Below, piece after piece: positions 39,330 through 50,819 of a stretch of 64,000 bases of DNA (the stretch's first letter is position 1; each line of letters opens with the position of its first letter). The notes beneath the pieces are model-generated. The model was not told the origin of the DNA. It did no database searches and saw only the letters and a program-made list of their open reading frames with translations. Location of the stretch: contig NC_045696.1 of NCBI RefSeq assembly GCF_009834535.1, forward strand, positions 106,580,001 through 106,644,000, given 5' to 3'. The translations under genes were made by a program, and so were the position numbers. The stretch is from Camelus ferus (taxonomy: Eukaryota).

Positions 39330-39502
39330 CACGGTCCTCAAACTAGCTGCCCATTCAAGTCACCTGGGAAGCTTTTCTTGACTTGTGACACCTGAGCCTG
39401 AGCCCAGACTGGGTCAGGATCTCTGAGGTTGGGCCTGGGCGCAGGGGTGTTCAAAAAGCTCTCACATGACGCTAATCTGCATCCAGCGATGCAAACCACC
39501 AG
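39330..39502. mobile_element. MER5A-like MITE
   Basis: GGTCCTCAAACT...CACCTGGGAAGCTT...AAAAGCTC...AACCAC. Confidence 0.6.
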
Positions 39503-39679
39503 GACAGGCTCTTTGAAATCTCTTCAAATGAAACAAAGGGGATAAAACCTCAAGGACCAATAACGCTGTAACATCCTGCCCTCCCAAGGCTGCAACGATG
39601 GGGTCTTCTGAGCAGGCATGAAAAGCTGACTTCCAGCCTCCAGCCTGGTTCTGGGTGGGTTCTCTACTTCATATACTCC

Positions 39680-39860
39680 TGGGTCTCCAACTTAGACACA
39701 CAGAAGAATCACCTTGAGGGCTGGTTAAATCACATATGGTTGGGCCCCACCCCCTAGTTTCTAAATTCTGTGGGTCTAGGATGAGGCCTGAGAATTTGCG
39801 TTTCTAATCAGTTCCCAGGTGATGCTGCCTGGCAGAGGGACCAAACTGTGAGAGCCACCA
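39680..39860. mobile_element. MER5A MITE
   Basis: GAATCACC...TGGGCCCCACCCC...GGCCTGAGAATTTGCGTTTCTAATCAGTTCCCAGGTGATGCTG. Confidence 0.8.
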
Positions 39861-42069
39861 GCAGACACAGATGAAAGTTTCAGCCAGTTGAGCCATGAGA
39901 TCTGTGCGATGCCGCATAGCTGCTCAGACTGGCTTTTCCCATTGATGAAACCCGTTCTCGTCCAGCTGCTGCAGCAGAGCTCTAGGGTGGCCCCATCGGG
40001 TCATCAGCAGTAAGCGGGCTTGGGGCTCTGCCATTGACGCCAGTGTTTGCACTTGGACTCAAAGTTGCTTCTGGAGTGTGAGCTCCCCAGAGGCAGGGCT
40101 GTGTTCCTTCACATCTATATGCCTTCAGATAATAATAATTTCTAAGTGTTCAGTTTCTACCCAATGTTATCATCTGCCAAGAATGTAAAGATCACACTCT
40201 GTTCAGCTGTTAATGCTGGGGTCCATATGGAGTTTTACAAGCTTTTCCCTGCTTTTTGTTTTGTTTGGGGTTTTTGGCTCATGAATTTTATTTCTGTTTG
40301 CCGCTAAGAAATGTAAGAGTGGAATGGCAGTAAATTTCAGTTTAGTTTTGAAGGTCAAGAATTTAAAAATGGATCAGTTAAAACAAAGAAAAACAAACAA
40401 GCAAAAAAACAGAGCGGGCACTAAGTAAAGGTTTACTGAAGGAGGTTGGCCCCAAAGCCTAGCCCTGGCTGCGCTCCTGGGACCCGCTGAGACTCAGCAG
40501 AGCTGGCCTCTGTTGGAATTGGAACATCGTCAGCACCCTCACCGGTACCACCTGCTATGTTCTGTCTGGTTCTCTTCTCCTTTCAGCAATTCCAGGCATT
40601 TCTGCCTCCCCTAACCACCAACAGTTAACTATCCCATGTGCCTGGTTCTGGCCAATGGTCTTTAGGAGAAGTGACACGGGCCACTTGTAGGCTGAGACAG
40701 TGAAGAGACCTGCGTGTCTTTCCGAGCTCTCTCCTCCCTTCCTGGCCAGCGTGGAGACCTGGCATTGAGCTGGCCGAGCCTCAGATGGCGGCAGTCTGCA
40801 TGGCTGGGTCACTACATGCAGGACAGCTGCTCTGGAGAGTCTGCTGACTCACAGGAGTGAGAATAAAATTGGCTGGGTTCTAGGTCCTGAGATTTAGCTT
40901 TTCTCCAGCACTTGAGCTGTTCGGCTCCTATTGTGCCGAATTTTTCTACTAAAGGCCTTCTTAGTTTTAAGTTCAACCTGAGATCTGATTAGGCACATTT
41001 TGCTCCAGCAAAACTGGAAAACAGTGCAAAGTCATCTTTTGTCGTGCTGTGGAATGACTGCTTGCATTTAGGGGAATGGGGCTCTGTGTGTTGCTTAACC
41101 CCGCCCCCACCCCCCGGCATTTGCAATATTATATTCTATCCCTGTAATTAGACGGAGGAGGAGGGGAGGTGGACGGGAGGGGACAGGGAGAGGGGAGAGG
41201 GTGAGTGGGAAAGAGAAAAGAATTTTCTGTGGATTAAAGAAGTTTGAGGCGTCTGTGATCATGTGGATACGTGCGGAGATTTGCAGGGATTAAGGAACCT
41301 TCTCAGCACCCATGAAATTTGATCTACGTGCTGGTAAGGGCTGTCTTGAAGGCAGGATTATTATAAAAATAAAAGAGGATCTCACGTTTGAGAACACACT
41401 TCTGTTTCCTTCCCCCAAATCTCGCAAGATAGTTACTAACCTGATTTTACAGATGAAGTCACTTTACCTAGAGATGTGGTCACACAGCTAGAAAATGGCA
41501 CAGTCGGAGTCCCACCTTGGTCTGTCCAGTGCTCCATGTTGACAGAGGTAGACCCTCTTCAGTCAAAACCTATAAGCCCCCACACGTGTCAACCTGTCTG
41601 TGATCCCTGGAAGGGGACACTGCTGATGTCTCTCCTGAGGACCAGAACGTGGTCCCACTTTCTCCTTCCTCCCCGGCTAACTGCCGTCTCTGCAACCCCA
41701 GGCTCCCACTGCCAGGAAATGCTCTTATACAGTGAGCCACTGGGAATGGCTGCAGATACGTGGAGATGCTGTCACTGCTCCCTCCGCCCCAGCCCGGAAC
41801 CCTGGAGCTCCCCCACCACAGGGTGCTTATGACATAAGCAACCTCACCTAGTTCACTCGGTATTCCACCCACACACCGTCATCTCTCTGTGCCATCCCAT
41901 CAAAAGGGCTGGGGAGCGCTGCTCTGGAACACATCCTACTGCTGAGAGGGAAAAGCTGGTAGAGAAAAGGGCTGTGGTCTGGGGAGAAAGGAGATACAAT
42001 GAATGGACAGTGGATATGAGGTTTCTGTAAATTACAAAGTACTACAAATGCTTATGTTATAATGTGTGT

Positions 42070-43920
42070 ATATAATGACCCCTTTTGTGATTTGCATCTT
42101 GCTTCTTTTCAATTAATGGCATCTTGAATTGCTTTCCATTAGAGCACTTATAGACGTACACGTTCCTTTTAATGGCTGCGTGTGGTTCATCCTATGCTTG
42201 TACTGTATTTTATTTAACTAGTCCCCTGTTGATAGATGTTTAGGTTGTTGCGGGGTTAATTTGCTATTATAAATAATCTTGCAATGAACATCCTTACACA
42301 TATGTTCTCTTTCTGTTTTTTTCTCTTTTTTCTTTTTCTTTTTCACATGTTTTGAGTACAGCTAGAGGATAAATTCCTAGAAAAGTAATTGCTAGGTCAA
42401 AATGTATACTCGTTTTTAATTTTATTAGCTATTGCTAAATTTACAGGCTTTAAAATGTGTATTGTCAGCTTTATTAATCTTTTCCATTATGGTTTATGGG
42501 GTTTGTGCCATGCTTAGGAAAGTCTTCCCTCTACAAAAAATTTCCTTCTAGTGCTTTTATGGTTTTATCTTTTTAATGTTTAAATCTTTGCTCCGTCTGG
42601 AATTCAAGTTAATGTAAAGAGTGAAATAGAGATCAGATTTTACTTTTTCCCAAATGGCTGCCCTGTTGTCCCAACACTGGTTATTGAATAATCCATCTTT
42701 TTTTCTTGCTGATTTGAAGTGCTACTTTTATCATGTACAAAACTCCCACATGTATTAGGTCTGTTTTTTTTTTTCAATTCTCTACTCTGTTCCATTAAAT
42801 CTTCTAGCTAATCCTATGTAAGTTTAAATTACTGTAGCTTGATTATATATTTTAATATGTGGTTGGGTTAGTTCCCCCCTTGTTACTCTTCCCTTTTACA
42901 GACTTTCTGACTGTTCTTGTTTATTTAATTTCATATATAAACTTAAGTATGATCTTGCTGAATAAAATGCTGCAAGTATTTTGACTGAGATAACACAGAG
43001 GGTTAAGATCCATTTAGGAATAATTAAGTTCATTCATTAATCTTCCCATTTAATAGGAAGGCATTCCTTTCCATTTATCAAGATATTTTGTGTTATTTTT
43101 CTTCAGAAGAAAGTAGAGATTTTTTCCACATCTTGGCCTTTTACATATTACTTCAAACTTTATTCCTTTTGTGGGGGATGGGAGTAGAAGGATTATTTGG
43201 GTTGCAACAGTAAATGAAGTATTTTCATTTTAATATATTTCTAACTGGTTATTATTTGAATACAGGAAAACAACTTTTTATGTTAACTCTGCAGTCATTT
43301 ACCTTACTAAATTCTCTAACTGTTTCTAATAGTTTTCAGTTAATTCTCTTGGGTTTTCCACGAATACAATCATAGAACCTAAAAACAGTGGTATTTTATA
43401 TTTTCCAAAGGGAAGCTTCTAGTGCTCTGATATTAAGCATAATTCTGGCTTTGGAAGGGTGTATTTCTGTATGCATATTTACCCCAGCATGTATGTGTAT
43501 ATGCACACATTCGCATATATTCACATGCAAAAATATCTGCAAATTAATCAAGTTCAAGTTTCTATCAATTTATATTTTACTGAGAATTTTCTGCTGTAAT
43601 TCATATCGAATTTTAACAAATGTCTTCTTTTATATTTATCCAAATGATCACTCTATTTTCCCTGATTTGACCTATTAATATAATGAATTACATGAAAAGA
43701 TTTTTCTAACATTTAACCCTCCTTGCATTCATGAATGAATTCTACTTTTTCATGGCTTTGTTCACTTAAAGAATGACTATATTCTATTTGCGAACATTTT
43801 ATTTAGGATTAGTGTTTCATCATTTATAGACTGATCAGTCTGTATTTTCTCTTTGCATCACCTTAAGCAGGTTTTGATGAGTATATTTCTAACTCCTTTA
43901 TTGAAAGAGTTTGGAAGCAT
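42070..43920 (-). mobile_element. Ancient L1ME-like ORF2/3' fragment
   Basis: Long T-rich antisense L1 decay (GATAGATGTTTAGGTTG, GGATAAATTCCTAG, TGTTGTCCCAACACTGGTTATTGAATAATCC). Confidence 0.8.
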
Positions 43921-44038
43921 AGCTAGTCTTGAAATAAAAGTACATGTCAAGGGTGAAGAAAGGGGTGGAGTTTCAAATTTAAGGAGGGATGTGTTTGGGG
44001 AACAGGAGCTATAGAAGTGCCTGGAGTATGTGTTTGAG

Positions 44039-44092
44039 TGTGTGTGTGTGTGTGTGTGTGTGTGTTGGTGTGTATGTGAGTGTGTGTATGTG
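44039..44092. repeat. (TG)n microsatellite
   Basis: Pure (TG)13 at 44039-44064 with a degenerate extension. Confidence 0.95.
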
Positions 44093-45179
44093 TAACTCAG
44101 AAGGGGCAGGACTGAAGGGGGAGGGGCCAGAAGGGCCATCAGTGGGCCAATATCAGATGAGAGGGGGTATTTTATTTCTTTCTACGATCTAGAACCTAAT
44201 CCAGTTGAGCTGAGATCTCCAAACTTTAATTTAGCTTTCTATCAATCACAAAAAAATTTGCGCCTGCACCCTCAAATCTCTAGTTATATATTAAGAAACC
44301 TCAAGCAAAACTTGAAATATTTATCAAGTTTAATTAAATTTTATAATATACTATATCATGTCTCCCATAACTTTAAACACCACTGAAGAAATTACAGATT
44401 TTTTTTTGCTAACATGATATAGCTTTACTATTAGTATCAACTAAAGTTGGAACATACTCTCGGGGTCAGGTTGGTTTTACATGATCCTGAGTATGAAATT
44501 ATTATAGTTTATTTTTTCCATAATTTCAATTTTATTTTTAATGCCAGCGTCACGTCAGATCTGAGTGGCTTGCTACGATTTTGACCTGGTCTTCGGGCTG
44601 CCACTGGGCTTGTCTAAGGTGTAACACATCCACTCACACGGTCACTTCTCACGGCTCACACGCCACCGCACTGGGGGTAACCAGGATCTAGTCCTTACTG
44701 CTATTTAACCTGGCACATGTGAACACATCACACACCACCCGACAAGCCCGCTGAGTGAGCACAGCACGGCCGACCCCCGTGAGGCCCTCACTCTCTTCCC
44801 TTAGGCAACTGGGAGAACCCATATGTGACAAGTGACTGTGTGACAAGTGTACTATGGAGGGTGCCAGTGGCAACCCATATATTAAAGGATTTATTTGTCT
44901 TATATGTTTCGATTCAAGTTAAATATAGATTATCAGTAATTCCTATTTAACCTTTGGAAAAAATCTCATGAAAGATTCTAATATTTTCTTCCGTTACTTG
45001 TGAAGAGGGTGTGAGGCATAGCTGGCCTTCTCTGCAGACTGGTGAAAAGTCTGTCGCTTGTACTTTGGCTGGCACAGCCCTTCACGTGTGCCCTGAAGTA
45101 GCCAGCGCCTTACTGGCCCCACGAGTCCTATCACCAAGCAGGTCCAGACAGACAGCTCCACACTCACAGGGCCAGGGAG

Positions 45180-45198
45180 GGCTGCCCCCTGGAGGTCA
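45180..45198 (-). promoter_or_regulatory. Candidate CTCF site
   Basis: Minus strand TGACCTCCAGGGGGCAGCC versus consensus TGGCCACCAGGGGGCGCTA. Confidence 0.5.
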
Positions 45199-45383
45199 CC
45201 AGACCATTGCCTGCCCCCAGAGGTCCTGCCACCTTGGAGTTCTGCCCAGATGCACCTGGGCTCCCTCCCCCTTTGACAATCTTTATGGCACCGCACATAA
45301 AGATGATGTTATAAGGGAAATTGAGGTCTTCTGACAACCACTTCTCCAGAGGTTTTGTGTTTTCTAAGCATTTGTTAACTGCA

Positions 45384-45402
45384 AAGCCACCAGAGGGCCC
45401 TA
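45384..45402 (+). promoter_or_regulatory. Candidate CTCF site
   Basis: AAGCCACCAGAGGGCCCTA versus consensus TGGCCACCAG(G/A)GGGCGCTA. Confidence 0.5.
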
Positions 45403-45444
45403 ACTGGGAGAGTCCTAACGTGCAAAAGGGGAAGATATTACAGA

Positions 45445-45635
45445 ATGGCTACAAGACTCGACTTCAGAGCCAAGCTGCCTGGGTTTGCCTTCAGGCTCTG
45501 CCACCTACTACCTGTAGAGCTTTGGGCAAGTTACTTAACCTCTCTTAGCCTCAGTTTTCTCATCTGTAGAGTGGAAATAATAATGTTGTAAGGATTCAAA
45601 GACAGTCCATGAGCACTTAGGATGCAGCAGTAGCT
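45445..45635 (+). mobile_element. MIR
   Basis: GGCTCTGCCACCTACTA...TTGGGCAAGTTACTTAACCTCTC...CCTCAGTTTTCTCATCTGTA. Confidence 0.88.
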
Positions 45636-46364
45636 GGTTTTAAGCCAGTATGAAGATGACCTAAAGACAGCACTGGTCAGAATGGTCCAAGGAGGCACCA
45701 GAAAGAAGAGTTGGCGTCTCATCAGGGCCAGAGGCTCCTCATCCCATAATACCTAGCTTGACGAGGTCAGGGAAATCTGGCCACCTTTGTTCAGTGACGT
45801 ATCATTTCCAGTATCATTTCCAGCTCTGTGAGCTTGTTTCTTCCAAATGCCCAAGGCTACTCAGGAGCTAAGATGCTACTTGCATTTTCTGACCCAGCTA
45901 ATGAAGTAGTTCATAGTTTTACAGTGACTCTTCATACAAAGCTGCTATTTTATTTACTCATTTTTCTAATAAGTGAGTATTATATTTCCAAGCAAATGAA
46001 AAAGAGGAAATTGAAGGATGACTTGGGTTCTTGGGACAGTAAGAGATACTGATATTTTCAACATGAAATGATTCTATATATCTCATCTTGCAGTAAATAA
46101 GAACGTCTTTTATCAGGTTTCTGGATAGGGAAGAGGCATCAGGGGTCAGAAGTTGAAGGAAAATGTGTGAGAAGAAAATTCAAAATTGAGAATATCCTCC
46201 TCATGAATTAATTTTCCCTGAAATGAGTGGGGAAGGCAAGTATTTATTTTTCAATTTCCATGTTAGTACTGATTACAGAGTGCCAGGGCTCTATGGGAGC
46301 ACAGTTTGAATACACTGTGAAAATCTTTTGTAAGTTCTTCATGGTCACTACATTTTTTTACTAT

Positions 46365-46830
46365 GTATTTTTTGATTGTGATAAAACACATGTAACCTAA
46401 AATTTCCATTTTAGCAATTTTAAGTGCACATTTTTGGCTTGTATTGTTTGTTTTATGAGGGGGAGGTAATTAGGTTTCTTCATTGATTTCTGCTTGTAGG
46501 AGGTACCGAGGTTTGAACCCATGACCTATTGGTTGCTGAGTGTGTGCTCTGCCACTTGAGCTATACCCTTCCCCCTCCATTTTAGCAATTTTAAAGTGTA
46601 TTATTTAGTGGCATTAGGTGCATTCACAGTGCCGTGCAACTGTCACCACTGTCTAGTTCCAGAACTTCCCATCACCCCAAAAGGAAGCCCTATATTCATT
46701 GAGCAGTCACCCCCCCCCCCCATTCTGCTCTCTTCCCAGCTCCTGGAAACTGCTAATCTGCTTTCTGTCTCTATAATTGGTCTCTTCTGGCTATTTCATA
46801 TAAGTAGAATTGTACAATTGCTATGTGTTT
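46365..46830 (-). mobile_element. L1MB-like 3' end interrupted by a SINE
   Basis: GTGGCATTAGGTGCATTCACAGTG...TTCCAGAAC...CATCACCCCAAAAGGAAGCCC. Confidence 0.8.
46431..46575 (-). mobile_element. Vic-1-like SINE, diverged, nested in an old L1 fragment
   Basis: Same head and 3' motif (AAACCTAATTACCTCCCC) as the 7.6 kb copy; TSD TCCATTTTAGCAATTTTAA at 46405-46423 and 46576-46594. Confidence 0.88.
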
Positions 46831-48424
46831 TTAAAACATTAATTATTCAAGCTGCCTTTTGATTTAAAGTGGAGAATGATGTGTGCTTCCTCCTAAGATT
46901 CCACTGAATCTAAGAGATTTCAATACATTTTAAGATACTGGAAGGTAAATGGAGAAGAGACACTGAAGTGTGCATTGAGCAGAGAACCAAGTCGCCCTGA
47001 GAACCCCAGAGAGGGACATGGAGGTGTCATGTGTGTGGTGAGGCATGGGACCAAAGACAAGGAATTAACCCCAAAGATGAGCACAAACCAGTCAACCTCA
47101 GTCAGCCATCACCCACCATTTTAGAATGTCAGCAAGCAGGTGTCTACCCCCTTGTGAAGCTGAGAGATTTCTCTGCAGGTGGCCCTTTGCGGTGATACCT
47201 AGTGGTTGCTCCAACAGCCGAGCCTGTTTAGCCCAGATCAGAGCCACCAATTAGCAAAGCCTGCCCTAGTGGCCCCCAGCTTCCAATTATTCTCGAATTG
47301 CCACATAAGCAGGAAAAGACAATGAAGAGGCATTTTGAAGACAACTTCCAGCAGGAAAACAATGAATTAATGTATCCAAAAAGAAGACTAAATTTGAGCA
47401 AAAGGGATAAGTCAAGGGATTGGAAAATAGAACTAAAACTTAAAAAAAGACCCACACAAACAATGTGGTCTCCAAATTAGTATCCTAACTGATATCCTCA
47501 AAAATAGGAGAGGAAAATGACCGTAAGTAAAGGAGCTCTAAGAGAACAGGAATGAGCTCTTGGAAATTAGAAAGGTAATAGATGTTAGAAGAGAAAATGG
47601 AGAACATTTCTTGGAAAGGCGTGAAGAAAGTCAGAGAAATTGAAAACAAGAAATACAGAGGATCTAATCCAGGAGGCCCAACATTTGATCCAAAGTTGTG
47701 CTGAAAGGGAACCCAGAGCGAATGGAGGTGCGAAAGTTGTTTTTAAGATACAAGAAAATGTCCCAGAGCTGAAGGATAAAAAGGGAGACTCATTTAAAAT
47801 ACCACTAAGTACCCCAAAGACTGATTTTAAAAATGGCTTACATCGAGGTACATTATTAGGAAATTTCAGAGCCCCAGGGATAAAAGACAATTCTAAAAGC
47901 ATCCAGAGCAGAAAGAAAAGGGACATCTGCAAAAGGAATGAGAACCAGAAAGACAGAAGGGCACCAAACTGCTCAACAGTGGTCCTGCGCCCTAGAACAC
48001 GGTGGGGCAGTGGCTTCAAATTTGCGAGAGAAAACTAATTTTCAACCTAGAATTCTACATTCAGCCAAACTATTCATTGAATATGAGGAGAAAATGAAGA
48101 CTTTTAAATACATATAAAGACATAGATAACTCCCTGTCCAAGGATTTTCTTGAGTAGAACCAGGCCTGAATAAGAAACAGAAGTTAACGGGATGCAGGAA
48201 GAGGGGGAGTCAACCCGGGAGAGCCCGATGGAGCGGTCCCGGAGCGCTCGGTGCAGAGAGACCGGACAGTGACGGTGCAGATCGCAGGGGCAGCCAGGGG
48301 TAGGGGGTCTTCAGGAAAAAGGGATCTCAGTACAATGCCTTATATGATGAAGCATTTGGAAATCATTAGAGTATGTTGATACCTGAAAGACAGCAGAAAA
48401 TTAGAAAGGCAGTTAGACCCACCA

Positions 48425-48524
48425 GACAAAAACAAACCAAAAACCAAAAAAAACCCAAAAAACAAAAAAACCCCCAAAAAACCCACCAAAAAACCAAAAA
48501 CAACAAACAAACAAACAAAAAAAA
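48425..48524. repeat. A/C-rich low-complexity tract
   Basis: About 100 bp consisting almost entirely of A and C. Confidence 0.9.
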
Positions 48525-48542
48525 TATAAAGAGAGGAAATGT

Positions 48543-48773
48543 TAGGTTTGTTTGGCCTCACTGTGCACTGGGCACCCAAACTTGAATTCAATAACAAGAA
48601 AAACTGATGCCAAGCCAATGTAATACAGTTACAAAACACATTTAGATAAAAGTTTTCAATGAATTGCTGTTAGGGATTATCACTCCTGTTGTTTCCCTCC
48701 AAAAGCCTGGTGAATGAAATTTTATTTAAATAAATTCTTTTTACTTCAAAAAAAAAAAAAAAAAAAAGAAGAG
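48543..48773 (+). pseudogene. Retrocopy of the 3' end of an unidentified polyadenylated RNA
   Basis: About 205 bp of non-repeat-looking sequence, AATAAA at 48729-48734, A20 at 48748-48767, flanked by AGAGAGGAAATGT at 48530-48542 and 48774-48786. Confidence 0.8.
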
Positions 48774-49835
48774 AGAGAGGAAATGTAGTCACAGTGGTAC
48801 TCTTTGCTTTGCAGAGGACACATTTACTGTGTCATATGATGTAAACTACCCATTATGGATTTAACAAAAATAGTGAAATAATTATATTGGGAGGTTGTGG
48901 CCAGAGGAAGGCACAGCCTAAGAGAGTTAAAAATCCATTTATCTCAACACCATAATCAATAGATTATGTCGCCAGTGGATAAATCAAGAAATAGTAGTAG
49001 AAGAAACAGCTCAAAAAAGTTAAAAATGCTGGCATCAGAGGAGCAAGAATAAGGGTGGGAAGGACTTGGGTAAACGACTACTATTTTCCCTCTTTTTAAA
49101 AATGCAATTAAAAAAAAAACAAGTGCATGTATTACATTGATAAAAATTAAGCAAATAATAAGAATCCACCCAAGCTGAGGTGTGAGAAGAACAGTATATA
49201 AATGGCATTTAGAAGCCAATTTATTTGTGATTAAGACAGCTATGCTGTACAACTGTAGACCATCTTAAAAATTTTCAAATCCTCTGACAATTGAAAAATG
49301 GCCTCCTTAGAAAAGAAGTTGAACCAGCACCTGACAGAAATGAGCTTCTGTCCATTCCAGAAGAAAATTCATTGCTCATTACGAGGGTGTCTCTATCAAC
49401 CTCCAAGATGAGTTGTTCAAGTGAAAATTTAACAGTTTTAAAACTTTACAGAGACCATGAAAAGCCTTTCTCACGTTGTAAATTCCAACCTGGGGGGAGG
49501 CATGAAGTCCACACAAATTCTGGCTTCCTTCAACTTAAAGTAACTCAGCGTGTAAATCCTTAGGAATCAAGATGAATACTAAAAGTGAAATACTTTCACC
49601 TTTGTGAAGGAAGCAGTTGAGCAGCATGCAGGTCAGTAAGGAAGGGATTTTCAGTTCCACCCAGCATGTACTCACAGCCAGTATGGCTCCAAAAAGAGCC
49701 TGGGGGCTGTCCAAGCAGTTGCAAGTGAGCAGAAGGGAAAGCAGGGATGTGGCTGAGTAAGTTGGGCAGGAAGAGAATCTCCTCTCTCTTAGAGGGAACC
49801 CTTCTTGCCTCTAAAGCATCATGGACATCACAGGG

Positions 49836-50210
49836 TGTATCAGTCAGCTCAGGCTGTCTAACAAAATACCCCAGACTAGGTGGCTTAAACAACAGGAATT
49901 TATTTTCTACCAGTTCTGGAGGCTAAAGTCCAAGATCAAGGTGGGTTTGCTTTCTCCCAAGGTCTCTCTACTTGGCTTGCAGATGGCATCCTCTCTGTGT
50001 CTTCACATGGCCTTTTCTCTGGTCTCAGGAATCCCTGGTGTCTCTTCCTCTTTTTATGAGGACTCCAGTCACATTGGATTAAGGCACCATCCTTATGCCT
50101 CATTTAACCTTAATTACCTCTTTAAAGGCTCTATCATCTCCAGATACTGTCATGCTAGGGGTTAGGGCTTCAGTGTATGAATTTGGGGGAATACCATTCT
50201 GTGCATAACA
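49836..50210 (-). mobile_element. MaLR solo LTR (MLT1A-like)
   Basis: TG...CA termini; CAGGG on both flanks (offset by 1 nt). Confidence 0.88.
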
Positions 50211-50640
50211 CCAGGGATGAGCAAAGAGCTATTCTAGAGTATGTTCTGATTAACTCTGGTGGGAACCAAATGACAAAATGGCCCTGCTTCTAAGGCATAC
50301 ATAACCTCAGAGCCTCTCACTGAAGAACACACATCAGTCAAACCTGGAACCAGCCACGAAGCTGTGCCCTGGAAGCCACAACTCTTGATGGGCAGCTGTC
50401 AGTGTCCATCAACAACCTCAGGCTCCTTAACGAGGGCTGCTGTGTGATAGCATCATGGTGTGGATACATGGGACGACCAGTGGGATGCATTTTTAAAAGA
50501 GCACATCTGATTTACCAAGGTTCAGTGATTTGAATGAGGAATGAATAGGAAACTGACTTGAACAGAGCTTTCTGTTTCTGTTCTCCAAAGAAAGACCCCC
50601 CCCCTCCTGGATCATGATTCTGAAATTGAAGAAGGAAGGA

Positions 50641-50712
50641 GCCTGGATAGCTCAGTCAGTAGAGCATCAAATTTTAGTCTGAGTGTCCAGGGTTCAAGTC
50701 CCTGTTTGGGTG
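50641..50712 (+). pseudogene. tRNA-Lys(UUU) pseudogene
   Basis: GCCTGGATAGCTCAGTCAGTAGAGCATCAAATTTTAGTCTGAGTGTCCAGGGTTCAAGTCCCTGTTTGGGTG aligns end to end with mammalian tRNA-Lys-TTT. All four CpGs are deaminated, the anticodon arm has a 1-nt deletion, B-box GGTTCAAGTCC is intact, and no CCA follows. Confidence 0.92.
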
Positions 50713-50819
50713 TAGGTCCCAGCTTTTAGCATCCAGTTCCGATTCCACCTTTACAAAGCATGAGTAATTTCACACAATATATAGGGACAGATTGCATAGG
50801 TGACGTTGAAGAAGGAATC

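Larger units (their letters stand above)
47100..49150 (+). mobile_element. HAL1/L1ME-like remnant (ORF1-like region then 3' region, no ORF2)
   Basis: Degenerate ORF1-like frame (IQENVPELKD, WGSGFKF, TTTTCAACCTAGAATTCTAC), followed directly by an A-rich 3' region ending ATTACATTGATAAAAATTAA. Confidence 0.65.

Noticed and set aside
44210..45110. Possible hAT DNA transposon remnant
   Set aside because: The start resembles a hAT terminus, but I could not find a matching TIR or TSD or assign a family.
48373..48585. Lys/Gln/Asn-rich ORF
   Set aside because: It is the translation of the A/C low-complexity tract.
50641..50712. Functional tRNA-Lys gene
   Set aside because: The acceptor stem is weakened by CpG decay, the conserved D-loop GG is lost, and the anticodon arm has a deletion and a mismatch.
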